Shown here piece after piece: positions 11,231 to 23,841 of a DNA stretch of 64,000 nucleotides. The notes beneath the pieces are model-generated. The model searched no databases and was not told the DNA's origin. It saw only the letters and a program-made list of their open reading frames with translations. Made by a program: the position numbers and the translations under genes. Source of the stretch: Ginglymostoma cirratum (Eukaryota); assembly GCA_024137785.1 (NCBI GenBank), contig JAHRHZ010000116.1, positions 124,001 to 188,000 on the forward strand, read 5' to 3'. Position 1 is the stretch's first letter; each line of letters begins with the position of its first letter.

Positions 11231-14200
11231 TGTGCTTCTGTGAAACGGTCCTCGACGACAGACTGTGCTCCCTCTTGTAAGACTGAGCGATTCCCAGTTG
11301 TCATGGTCCTATCTATTCTTCACATAATTGATTGCCGCATCATCTCTAAACTACTGTACCTTCACAAAATCAACAAAGTTTCATAAATTTGCAAGAAGTA
11401 TTTTATTGTCTAAATGTGATCACGAACCCAGAAAACAACATTTTTCGTTGGGAGGTAAGTGGGGCGGATTCTCAAACCACTGGTTGAGGCCCTAAACTCC
11501 ACATCAGACTCATTGATTTAATTTTTAGTCTGAACACAGGCTCTGGAGAACTGAAGACATACAGAGGAGAGGGGATAAAGAGACAAAGTCAAAACTGGGA
11601 GTAGAGTCATTAAATAGGGCTAATGTGTTTCGAATTTAGCCTCAGGATTGTACGGGATCATGATTCACATATCTGGAGAAGGATAAAAGATTAGAGACAT
11701 CAAAAATGAGCATTTGGAAAGGTAAGACTTCTCTCCTAATATCAATGTAAAGTTCGAATTTAGAATTAGATTTTAATTAGAATGAGATTTTATTATCACG
11801 TGTGCTGGTACAGGAAAACTGGAGGACAGTGAAAAATATACCAGGTCGCCATTCTTGAAGTGCAAAAGTCATGATCAATATAAAAACCAGAAATAAATTA
11901 AACAGAGCCATAAGGGAAGGAGATGGCCACATGACTCGTTCTTGCTCAGCCTTGAGTTCTGAGACACCACTGAAGCTGCGACCTCACTGCCAGAAAAATA
12001 GAGCTATAATGTTTTTTCTCTTAAATTATTTGAACGTCCAGATGTATCGAAAACTGCCCGCTGCTGACGCTGACGGGGGCACGTTACTGCCCCCTTTGTC
12101 AGGCACCTGTGTTTAGCCAGAGCCTTGACCCTCGGACCAACTTATAATACTGGACGGGGGGATTAAACCTGGGATCTCTCGTTGCGCTGACTCTTTATTC
12201 CTGTCATTGATGTCACTGCAGCCTCCTTGTACCTGCTTCTCGATCACAAGCAAATTTAATTTTTACGCATTGCTGTGCTGCTGTCACTTCCACCATTCTA
12301 TAATAGGACAGCTGTCTCCAACATTACCCATGCAGCCGAGCAAGGGAGAAAAATAAAACAAAAGTAAAAAAATGAAAGAAGTAGTACAAAAACGAATAAA
12401 ATAACGGAAAAGCAAATTGAAACATCTGAGCTTGAAAATGTGGGAAATATTAATTATCTGCACATTTTATTTTTAAATCTTGTCAATCAATTGTTTTCAA
12501 TGTTAAGATGATCTAGAACAAAGGAAAATGATCAAGATAATTGACAAAATAAGGGAAAAAAGAGAAATATCTTTATATTACAAATTGAACCCGATTCAAA
12601 TCTATCATTCCGGCAGTGATGGTAGAAGAAGATGTTACGCTAGCTTTCCACATGGCATTGTCAGCACACTTAGAAATATAATAAAATCTAAACAGTTGTA
12701 CAATGCATAAATTCTGATAAGACGTTTTTGATGCCAAAACATTGAATATGTTCAAGAAGCAAATGTATATAGCACTTGGGAGAATGAAATCAAAGGCTAT
12801 TAGGAGAAAGCAGGATTAGGTTATTGATTTGGACGAACAGCCATGATCATGATGAACGGGCTAATGCGGAACAGGCCAAAAGAGTAGAATGGCGTCCTCC
12901 TGCTCCAATCTTCTATGTTTCTGGATTTCTGTGGAACTGTCCTCGAACAAAGCCCATGCACCTTTTGGTATCATTGATTGATCCCAATTGCCATGGCCCT
13001 GTACTTTCTATATATCATTAACTACCGCATCATAGCTAAATTGCTGCTTATTCACACACTCAGCAAACTATAAGAAATTACCAACAAATCGTTTATTGAC
13101 TAATTGTGATCACGAACCCAGAAAACAACTTTTTTTTCGTTCCAAAGTATTTGGGAAGGATTCATAAACGCCCGCTTGAGGCCCTGAACCCCACATCAGA
13201 ATCATAGATTTGTTTCTTAGCCTGAAAACAGACCCTGGAGAACTGAAGACATACAGGAAAGAAGAGAAAAAGAGAAAATAAAATAACTGGGAAAAGAGCC
13301 AATAAGTAGCGCTAATGGGTTTCCATTTTAGCCAAGAGATTGTATGGGTTGATGATTTACATATTTGATGAAACAGTAAAGGATAAGGGACATCAATTAT
13401 GAGGAGTGAGAAAATGTAAGATTTCTCTCCTAATATCAATGTAAAGTTCGAACTTCGAATTAGAATTTACTTAGAATGTGATTTCATTATCACGTGTACT
13501 GTGTACAGGAAAACTGGAGTACAGTGAAAACTGTACAAAGTCGCTATTCTTGGCGACATCTAAGAATGCAACAGACATGATCAAAATCAAAACCAGAAAT
13601 AAACTAAGCAGAGCCGAAAGGAAATGAAACGCCCAGATAATTCATGCCATCTCTGTCATCCGTCCTGAGATATCACTGAAGCTGCGACCATGCCGCCAGA
13701 AAAATAGGGCTATTACGTTTTTCTTAACATCTTTGAACGTCCAGATGTTTCGAGTTCCTTCCCTTTGCTTATGCTGACGTGGCGACGTTCCTTCCCCTTT
13801 GTCAGGCACCTGGGTTTAGCCATAACCTTGACCCTCAGACCAACCTGTAATTCTGGACTGGGGATTAAACTTGGTACCTTGGGTTCCGTTGCCTTTTTCT
13901 TGCTATCGTTGATGTCACTGCAGCCTCCTGGGACCTGCTTCTATTACACGGGATTTATTTTTGGCATTGCTGTGTTGCTGCCGCTTCCACCATTCCGTGA
14001 TAGGACCACTCGCGTCACTGCTGCCAAAGCAGCTGAACAAGGCAGAAGAATAAAACAAATGGAAAAGATCAAAAGTAGTACAAAAGCGAATAAATTAATT
14101 GAAGAAAAGCAGAATGAAAAAAAAAGCGAGCTTGAAATTATGGGAAATATCAATGAGCTGCACAAACGTTAAAAAAATTGCTAATTTTTTTTTCACTGTT

Positions 14201-14830
14201 AAGATGTTGTGGAGCAGGAAAATGTTTAGGATAATTGACAAAACAAAAGGAAAAATATGTTTATTTTACACATTGAAACCTATTCAAATCTATCATTCCC
14301 ACAGTGAGAGGGCAGGAAAGACAGACTCTATCCTAGCTTTGCACGCATCATTGTAAGCACACTTATAATAAGAATAAACTCTGTACAGGTATAGAATGTA
14401 GAAAGGACAATAAGAAGTAGTTGATGAAAAAACACTGAACATATTCAAGACGTGGCTAGAAAAAGCACTTGGGTGAATGAGCTCAAAGGTCATTGCAGGA
14501 AAGCAGATTATTGAGTTGGACGATCAGTCATGATCACAATACATGGCGGAGCAGGGTCGAAGGGTCGAATGGCCTCCTCCTGCTTCTATCTTCTATGTTC
14601 CTGGGTGTCTGTGAAACAGTCATCGACGACAGAAGGAAGGAAAATGATCAAGATAATTGACAAAAGTAAGGAAAAACATTTTAATTTTACACTTTGAACC
14701 AGATGAAAATCTATCATTCCGACAGTGATAGCGCGTTAGAAACAGATTCTATCCTGTCTTTCCATATGGCATTGTAAGTACACTTAGACAAATAATAAAA
14801 TCTGCACAGCTATAAAATGTAAAATGGGCG
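11040..14830 (+). repeat. Tandem duplication, ~1.69-kb unit, two full copies plus a third, internally deleted copy
   Basis: Unit starts 'gttgatgcaaaagacattgaatatattcaag' (11041), 'tttgatgccaaaacattgaatatgttcaag' (12728) and 'gttgatgaaaaaacactgaacatattcaag' (14420). Internal landmark 'tgtgatcacgaacccagaaaacaac' at 11415 and 13105. Copy 3 jumps at ~14635 to the unit's 3' end. Confidence 0.9.
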
Positions 14831-15303
14831 ATAGGATTGGAATTAACGACATGTCCTTTTCAAAGAGCAGATGTGGTCGTCAATTGGTCATATGCTGTGC
14901 TGTATGTTGCCTCGAATTTTGACATTTATATTAAACCTTGCAATCTACTTGTTCCTCGGTTACTATGTTAATAAATGGGCAAGGTGGTCAGAAATGTTTC
15001 AACATCCAGCAGTTCCAGATGCACAACTGAGCAGTGATGCGTGTTTTCTGTTCTCTCATGAAGCAGTGAGTGCACTGAGAACATTCCTGCCTTCAACTTC
15101 TGTATGGTGTCACTTTGAACCGCTTTTCTGCTCTGTGTTATTTGAGAGATTGCTGCGCCCTTACTGTTTGTGATTGACTGGGGCGAATTCGAAAGGTGAT
15201 CCAGGGTTGAGGGTTTTCCCTCTACAAACCGGACTGCACCATGAGGAACTGCCTTGCACAACTCCTTATCATTGTCTCACTTCTCAGTAAGACTTTCCTT
15301 CTA

Positions 15304-15743
15304 ATGGCCCAGACCAAGATGTTTGTAGTCCAGACGTTATTATCAGTGAAACAATGATGGTAATGATCATGATCTTGAATGTTGATTTTTCTTTTATAAT
15401 ACAGTTATGAAGACAAGTTGGAACAGTCAGTTCCTGAAATGACATTTGGAGAGGGAAATAATGTCACATTCTCCTGCGACTTGAAGATAATTGATTCTAA
15501 TGCTTATGTTTACTGGTACAGTCAGACACCAGGCCAGCTTCCACAGTAGGTGGCTTATATATTTATGGCAGGGGAGGTAGACAGGAATCCTGAATTGTCT
15601 GACCGGTTCTCTTTGGCATTTGATAAAACTACGAAGATTACCGAGTTAACAATCAGCAAGATTCTAATCTCTGACTCTGCTGTGTATTTCTGTGCATTGA
15701 GCCCCACATTGATGCAGAACGATGGCCGGGCCTGTGCAAAACC
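15304..15743 (+). pseudogene. TCR alpha/delta-type V pseudogene (V-15k), near-intact
   Basis: Leader-like MAQTKMFVVQTLLS from 15304 (donor unclear). Exon from 15398: YSYEDKLEQSVPEMTFGEGNNVTFSCDLKIIDSNAYVYWYSQTPGQLPQ*VAYIFMAGEVDRNPELSDRFSLAFDKTTKITELTISKILISDSAVYFCALSP. TAG at 15547-15549; acceptor is AT (15396-7) by alignment to V-0.8k. RSS CACATTG (15705-11), 23 nt, TGCAAAACC (15735-43). Confidence 0.95.
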
Positions 15744-16129
15744 AACTCTCAGAATTCCTGGTCAAAGATCTTTTTTCTAGTTTTCTAGTTTTCTAGTGAC
15801 CCAGCATTTCGATTTTTTCCCAACTTGGCGTTCTCGTTATGGGTTGGTGGTCTTATTCCGTCTGTGTGTTTCATCTTTTGATTGGCTTCCTCTGACATCA
15901 GGAGCCGTTAAATGTATTGTAATGGACTTTTGTCTTAAATTTATTTTTTATTGTTACATATAAATTTACTCTTGACTTCTCTAATTAGTACAGGCGTCAT
16001 ACTGAGGCGACTTATAATACTTATTATTGTGTTTTTCTTGTAAATGTACGCATAGCAATGAATTCTAAATTCAAAACTCAAATTTTACAGTAATTTTGAT
16101 AGTTGAGTAAGGGCATTGAGAAAAGATTA

Positions 16130-19100
16130 AAAACATAACGCTCTTAGAGAGATGATTGTATTCGAGGATTTCAAAAAATCGCTCCCTGAAGTAATAAGAA
16201 CTCACATGGAAGAGCAGAGGGTCAAAAATGTAAGATTAGCAGCTGAAATGGCCGATGATTATGAGTTCATAACTCCAAGTTTGGCTTCCAACAACAATGT
16301 CAGCCTGTATGAGATAGGATTTAGGAAGAGAAGAATCATTAAATGCAAAGGGAATGGGCTATCTAATTCAGGATAATCGATAGTTTACCACAGAGTAATA
16401 AAAAGTAACCCATGAAAGTGAAAGACAAGTTGAATACCTCAAGTGATTACCTTACAATGAAGTAGGCCAGATGAAGTCACAATGTTGTTTGCTTAGAAAA
16501 AAAAGCAGTGGGAATTTGGGTGTATGAAAATAATTTTAAGGTAATGAATTTTGTTGATTTATTAAAGGAAAACATAATAGAAGCGGAAAAGCTTCACTAG
16601 GATGTACAACGTGGTCGGAAGTTGCTTGAGAAGCTAATGCCAGATGCTGTTAAATCATTTAATTGCAAGGATAACGTTTATTCGTGTATGCCAGGAGGAG
16701 CAGGTAAAGAAAGAATAATTTTAAGGGATGCAGGAGCATGTCAAACTTTGATGTTGAGGAATGAGGTGATATGCAATTCAGAAGGACTATTGCCAGAAAA
16801 GAAAGACTAAGAAGTGGAGTTCATGGTGAGATGAGAAGAGCTGCATTATGTAAATGAAGGTTGGAGCACCCGATGAAAACGAGGGAAGTGGTGATAGGAG
16901 CACTGGAGGAACTGTCAGCTACTGGAAAATGTGTCCTTAGTCATGAAATAGCTGAGTCACAGGTGGGAGTGCTGCCCGATGTGATTGGGAAATCAGTGGA
17001 AAATCAGGAAAATGAGGAATTGGAGGAAGTATTTCCTGACATCTTCTTTTCTCACAAAGCCACGGGTTGAAGCCAGAGGAGAAAGAAAAAGGATAAATAT
17101 TAGAAAGTTGAAGTACAAAATCAGAGACATAATTTTTTATTTTTTTAAAACAGCGCATGGAGGACAACTAGAAATTTTATGACCAGAGGAATTTAAATGA
17201 TGTACAACAGAAAGATGAAAAACTGAAGTAATCACATCAAAATGTATACACTGAAAAAGACTCTGAGTGTATTCGAGAATGTTACAAACTGAAAATGACG
17301 CCATGATGAATAACGAGAGATGATCACATATTCAGGCTGATGAAAAATGGGCAGAAGTTCATCAAGTTGTATTACCAGTGACTTATGCTAAGGAAGTGTT
17401 ACGGATAGTGTGTGAATTACTTGTAAGAAATCATTTGGGCGTGAGGAAGACTCAAGCCAAAATAGAAGCACATTTGTATTGTCCTGGGCTGCTCATATAT
17501 GTAGTTTTTTTATTCAGAAAAATGCCGTATGTATCAAGAAATTTGCGAATCTCAGGCAGTGATAAAGCCAATACTTTTGACAGCTATTCTTGCATTTGAG
17601 GATGTTTTTATGCTTGACTTAATTGATTGCGTAGGACCCCTACTTGAAACACAAAAACGGGAATCAGTATTTGTTGACTATAATGGATATGTACACTGAT
17701 TTTCAGAGACCATTTAATTACACGGTTTCACAGATAAAACGACTGTGGAAGACCAGATACGAAGCATCCACAGAGTTACAATCAGATCAAGAGTGAAATT
17801 TTACATGAACACTATTTAAGGATGTTACGGAAAGTTTAGGTATTAATCAAGTCAAATCAGCAGTTTATTATCCAGACTCGCAGGGAGCATGTGGCATCAA
17901 AGTTGAAAGACCAATCTGAGAGCTTACAGGCAAAACTCTTCAGAGGTTTGGAATAACGGAAATTCATTTGTACTGTTTGAAATTGCGGTTCACCAAACGT
18001 ATGTACCAAATACAATACATTTGAATCAATTTTTGTGCATGAGGTGAGAGGAAAACTGAAACTAAGTAAGGAGAAATTGGTGAGCCAACGCTCAGAGAAC
18101 ACACACTTGGACTATCTGACAAATGTCAGGGAAAGATTAAATAGATTGAGTGAGCTGGCAAGACATCACGTAAAAGTAGCGCAGCATATTCTGAAAGTGT
18201 CAGCTGACAGGAAAAGAAAGTCACAATTTTGCCCGTGGCAGTAAAAGTGTTAGTGTTGCTTCTAGTGATTGGTGAAACTTCAAAAGCAAAGCTTAGTAGA
18301 CCTTAACAAATCTAAAAGGGATTGAGTGTGGCGAATTATTTGATAAAAACGGCGGAGAAAAAGGAATTTCATAGATTTGCCATTTGAGTATGCTCAAGCA
18401 ATTTTCTGATAGGGAGGGAAAACAAAAGAAGAATGTGTTACCTTGCAACACAGAATGAAGAAACAATTTCAGACGACTCTGAATTGAATATCCTTCAAAT
18501 TAAACAAGTGACATTTCTCAAATTGGTAACGAATAATTTCTCAAAAACTGAGATAAATAATTCAGTTACCTTTCAGAGGAAAAGCAAAATGATGTGAACG
18601 AGTTATTACTACCGCACAGGGAGCTCTGTGGGGATAAGTTGAGAAATACTGATCTAATTACGCATGATGTAGATATACGAAATGCTGTTGCAATTAAGCA
18701 ACATAAACCTGACAATATAAAATTAGCGCAGGTTCAAAATAAGATTCAACGCATGTACACTGTCAACGTAAACAAATTGTTACGCAGAGACTTGAGCTCA
18801 CCAACAGTAATGGTTTAAAAATGGTTATCTGTGAACTGTCGCAAAGTTCAATGCTATTAGAAAGTCTGAATCATATGCTATTCCAAGTTGACAAGACAGG
18901 ATAAGCAAAGCATACTCCTAACTTTGGCCTACTCAGAGGATACTGGCTGGTACATTTATCAAAATGAATGAAATCAATTTTGGCTTTCATGAAGCCAATG
19001 AATTACTACAATGTAACGTCATGTTCTTTTTTGTGAAGAATGCTCCATCCACGTTTCAAACATGAAACAATAAAATCATTACTGGATGAACTAATTGTGT

Positions 19101-19249
19101 GGTGTACATCAAATTCCTGTTTTTTTTTCTCATATGGAAGGAACATTTGCAGCATTTATTGGAATTGTCCGATCGATTTTGGGAGGCAGTTTTTGGGATT
19201 GACCTGTCTAGGAGTAAATTCGCAAAAGCCCAAGCTAGGTTCCTGGGTC
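16130..19249 (+). mobile_element. Gmr1-like (Ty3/Gypsy) LTR retrotransposon, 5' part: gag, protease, integrase, RT N-terminal part
   Basis: gag FEDFKKSLPEVIRTHMEEQ..AAEMADDYE; protease LRDAGACQTL (~16720); integrase HLGVRKT, IDCVGPL (17622), QSDQ, YYPDSQG; RT ITHDVD, GYW and ..RFLG. Integrase precedes RT. Heavily degraded; no 5' LTR recognised. Confidence 0.85.
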
Positions 19250-19555
19250 TTAGATGTTATTGGGATAACATCCCATTGATTTCTGTCTTATCTACAAATT
19301 AATGCTCTTTATCTGCTTACACAGAGGTATGCAGGTACTGCCTTAAAACTTCCTGCCCGACTAGAAGTAGATGTAAAACATTGTAAATCCTTAGCTCCTA
19401 CACGTAGGTAGAAAGACACGGCCTGAAGCTTCCTGCCTGAATAGAATTAGGTATAAACAATGTAACTCTTTATCTTCCTGCACAGGGGTATATGGAAACT
19501 GTCTCAAATAAGATTAGGTGGGCAGCGTTTGTAATGGTGTGAGACTTCTGAACAC
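19250..19555 (+). repeat. ERV 5' LTR, U3 part only (R-U5-PBS missing)
   Basis: Aligns to 23842-~24150 with roughly 10-15% mismatch by eye; contains ~80-bp internal enhancer-like repeats. Confidence 0.85.
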
Positions 19556-19963
19556 TGCGAAATTCTAACGCCTGGAGGTTCGAGTCCCCAGGTTAGTAAA
19601 GAAAAATCCGGGAGGTTAGAGACCCCCAGTGGCCGGGTTTAGAGTCCCCAGGTCGGGTAATTGGAAAATCCTGGAGATTAGAGTCCCCCGGTGGCCGGGG
19701 TTAGAGTCCCCAGGTCATGTAAAATTGACTAAGTAAGTCTGGGGGCGGGGGGGGGGGAGTTAGTATAAGATTGGTAAAGTAGAGTAAGTGTTCCAAAGTA
19801 GGTATAGGATAGTTACAGTGTCTGTCTGTCTCAACCACCCTGCCTTAGAACGGCTGTTAAGAGGGGAAATACCCCACGCGAAGGTCAGGACCCTGAAGTG
19901 GGTGTTGAGACCAAGGACACTGGTGTAGTATATAGAAATAAGTTAAGAGTAAAAGCGCTAAAA

Positions 19964-20845
19964 ATGGGACAAACGTTAGATAAGTCGGGTGTCGGAACCG
20001 CTTTACATCGGTTATGCTGGGATGACCCCGAAAAGGAAGTACAGTACACACGCCTGTCGGCATGCCTCAACAAAAAATTGGGAAATGATAATTGGCCATT
20101 AGGGGGAACGTGGGATATAGATCTATGTATTAAAGCTGATTAGGCACTGTGGACACGTAATGCGGGAAGCAAATGGAAAGGGCTAATGTCATCCTGGAGA
20201 AAAACAGCTGTGGAGCTGATGGAAAAATGAAAACTAGCCAGTTGGGTGGATAATGCACGGAGAAAAGGGATTAGTGCATGTGATAGTGAAGGAAAACCGA
20301 AAACTTGGGAAGTTTTAAAGCTGCAGTGTGAGGATCATGAGATGAATAAACAGGAAAGGGTTAAACAAGAAAGGCTGGAAAGGGAAAGATGAGACAAAAA
20401 ACAGGGATTAGAGCGATAGGCTGCGTTGACAGAAAAGAAAAAATCGGAGGTACCTCCTGACATATCTGGCATGCCGATGCTGAATCAAAATAATGATACA
20501 GATGAGCAAGACGAGGAGGACTGGGGAAGGCACCCCTCTGCCCCATCGGGACTACTACCCTCTGCACAACTCTACCAGTCCTTGACCAACCAACATCTGC
20601 AGGCACCCCAACACTGCCATCAGTCTCAGCAATCGCCCATAGCCCTAACTCCACCACCGTACGCTGACCAAACCAAATACCCTGCTTCAGAATCTCCAAG
20701 CCCATCAGTAATCTGCCCACATGCACCTCCTGACAAACCCGCGGCTTGTACAGACGCTATCTCCTGTCGTACTAGGTCTTAAACTAAACGGACAAACAGG
20801 AAACATGATACAGAACAGACCGCTTGTGGACAAAAGGAGGGAGGG
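19964..20845 (+). pseudogene. gag: ERV gag remnant (matrix and late-domain region)
   Basis: MGQTLDK myristoylation-type start at 19964; matrix motif WPLGGTWD; PSAP 20534-45; PPPY 20651-62; stops and frameshifts; CA/NC deleted. Confidence 0.85.
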
Positions 20846-22458
20846 CACACCACCCCTAAACAAATGAGGACCTTTTCAAGTTTAGTAAATTATAGTCGAC
20901 CATGGCTCCCTAATGTAACTGTGCTTGCATTCTAGCCTCAGGGAAGTCAGCGAATATTTACACCGTCTCTCAGTATGCCTTTGGAGTCTCCCAAGACTGT
21001 GGCCAGTTATGGTCTCAGTGTGGGGTTTTAACGTCCTCAGGTACACCCATCCAGAATTCTCTGTTTGTTAAAAACCTTCTCCAGGCAATTCTCCTCCCTA
21101 AACAATTGACTATTATCAAATGCGCTTCCCATGTCTCCGATGATTCTATAGTTACTCAGGGCAATGCTTGGGCTGATCAGGCTGCCAAACAGGTTGCTGC
21201 AGATCAAGCTTTCATTGTGCCCTCTATGAACAAGCAGGCGGTAAATCGAACGCCTCCTTCGGACAAGACGGGCATGCCAGATATAGTCACTGTTCAGCAC
21301 TTACAGGGGGACTTCCCTGCTTCTGAAAAGGACATTTGGAAGGCGCATGGTTACTCGCATTCTGCTTCGTCTGGCCTGTGGGTTACCCCAATCGTCCAAG
21401 TGTGTATACCTGATGTTTTGTTACCAATGCTTGTTGACTGTCTACATTCTGACACCCACCTTGGCAAGAAGGGAATGAGTAGTATTATGCTCCGCACCTG
21501 GTAGCACTCCAAACTGGCTGATGCAGCCCAGTCTCGTACAGCATCATGTCTAACATGCCAGCGAAACAATGTTGGTCAGTGGGTGAGATGCTCACCAGGA
21601 AAAACGCCCTTGCCAGGTGGACCGTTTGAATGCATTCAGCTAGATTTTATTGAATTACCGCGCGGAAATACATATAAGAATTGTCTTGTCATTGTAGATG
21701 TATTCACTAGGTGGATAGAGGCTTTTCCAATGGCAAATAACAAAGCCTCAACAGTAATAAAATTGTTATTAACTGAAATAGTACCGAGGTTAGGAGTGTC
21801 TCGACAAATTAGTTCGGACAATGGCCCTCACTTTACAGGAAAGATTAATAAGAAACTGTATGATGCGTTACGCATCCAGCAGCAATTCCACTGTGCATAC
21901 CACCCCCGGGCAGCAGGGATAGTGGAAAGAGCTAACGGGACACTCAAAGCGAAATTGACCAAGTTGACGTTAGAGACCGGGCTTTGTTGATTAAAGGTTT
22001 CCCCCCGAGATTTGCACCACATGCAAATAACACCCCATTCTACTACTGGACTCTCGGCAGCAGAAATAGTCTATGGTCGACCCAGTAGAACACCCTCGGA
22101 GTCCAATACCAGCCCACACACCCAAATTGACTTGACTGTGATGGAAGAAGAAATGCACAAGTACTTCCGGCAACTAACATCGTCTCTAACGTTTCTCCAT
22201 TCAGAGCTGAAGTGTGCCGTCGGACCACATCTGCAGACACCAGACCAAGACCTTAAGGACCAGAATCGCTCCTCGTGGCCACAGATCGGAGATTTCGTAC
22301 TTGTCCGAGACTGGGATCGCCATAAGCTCCGACCAAGGTGGAAAGGCTTATTTCAGGTGCTTCTTCAAACTCTCACAGCTCTTGAAGCTAATGGACAGAA
22401 TCACTGGATCCACCTAAGTGACGGCAAACGATGGATTCCCTCATCAACTTGTAATTAA
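20846..22458 (+). pseudogene. pol: ERV pol remnant (RT thumb fragment, RNase H, integrase)
   Basis: TTPKQMRTFSSLVNYSRPWLPN; NIYTVSQYAFG and GNAWADQAAK (RNase H); HSDTHLG, PFECIQLDFIEL, SDNGPHF, GIVERANGTLK and PRWKGLFQV (integrase). Confidence 0.9.
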
Positions 22459-22459
22459 A

Positions 22460-23787
22460 CATTGGACTGAGTATTATTCTGACCGTGCATGGCCATCAGG
22501 ACAATCTGTTTTATGGAACACACATCCATCTGCATGGGAATCGGACATCGTGTTACCGGCTAGCACGGTCTGTAGAGGCGTTATTTGTGGCAAAACCAGG
22601 CTGGAACCCTAGGCAGCTCTATTAAGTAGAGTATTCCGGTAAAAATTGCCGAGGGGAGAGGGGAACTTGGACGAGAGGTGTGCCAGGTAGGTGTGTGGAA
22701 TTGGTAGTTCATGGCTCCTCTGATTGTATAGGCACGAGACCTAGGCGTGGGAAGGAAAGGGTTAACTGTACAAGTCCCAACAGCTATCCGTTTTGCTTTT
22801 AATGGAACTGGGACTTGTGTGCATGCTCTAGTCCCTAACCACCCCCATAATGTTTTCTGGACCCACCGGTGCATAAAAAGGACTTGCACAACTTAAGGAG
22901 GACCGTTAAACTGCCCCTGTTTAGAATCTAAGCCAATAACTGTGACCCCGGGCATACGGTGGACTTGTGGGGATTGTAATGGCACTTATGTAGAAACGGA
23001 CTACGGGCGTTTCCGTTTAACTCCGCAGATTTCCATCCATATAAGGAACAGTCCTCCTGGAATAGCTATCAAGGAATACGTGAGTCTATTCCCTGCTACC
23101 GAGCTAAGAAGGGATTCTTTTTCCTTCATAACAGGACCTTCACGACTGCCACTCCAACTTTGCCGGTGTAGTATGCTGTTGGGACCATTGGGCCTCTCGC
23201 AGTCCCTTGTCCCCAACGAGCACGTACTCAACCGCGAATTGCAACACGCTTCCTGATGCGAGAATTTTGCGCTGCATGGCAGGATCCGATTGCTTTGGGC
23301 TCTTCCTTGGAATACGGTTTCCTGGGAACTGTCATCATGGGAGGCTCCCCAGGGGTGGTGGCCCCAAAAAAACCGAAATTACCCTATATGTGGACTCACT
23401 GCTCTGGGAAACAGCACAACGGCGGCATTGGAGGCACTCAACCAAGAATTAGACGAACTCCGGCTCTATGCTCAGCAAACCTGGTATGTAGTGGACTATC
23501 AACTAGCTCAGCACGGAGGAACATGTACTATTATAGTGGACAAATGCATTACCCATGTTACTGACGAGGCTTATAATATTACCCAGGCTATTCAAGCCAT
23601 ACAGGGGCAGTTGGAACAGTACAGAGAGGGACCCCGACCTGATGAGGGCTTGTTGGGATGGCTTATGGGCGGTTCTTGGGTCTCATACCTGCCTCATGGG
23701 TTAGTTATTCTAATAGTTATCATAGCTTTTTCTGTATATTTATGGTCTGCCTGTGCTCTTGCTGCAGACTTGTGTTTGACAGACTAG
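22460..23787 (+). pseudogene. env: ERV env remnant
   Basis: TM heptad/ISD region NSTTAALEALNQELDELRLYAQQTWYVVDYQLAQHGGTCTIIVDKCITHV, then a hydrophobic anchor LVILIVIIAFSVYLW; the SU part is broken by stops and frameshifts. Confidence 0.85.
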
Positions 23788-23841
23788 CAGCTCCCTTCTC
23801 GGCCCCAATATAGGTTATCATGAAATGATAAAAGGAGGGAA

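Noticed and set aside
13765-14172. 135-aa ORF with hydrophobic and Lys-rich parts
   Set aside because: Lies in the tandem unit and is not open in the other copy; its composition reflects A-rich sequence.
19570-19715. CRISPR-like repeat-spacer appearance or a real tRNA gene
   Set aside because: Eukaryotic ERV leader; the spacers are themselves repeated and no full cloverleaf or A-box is evident.
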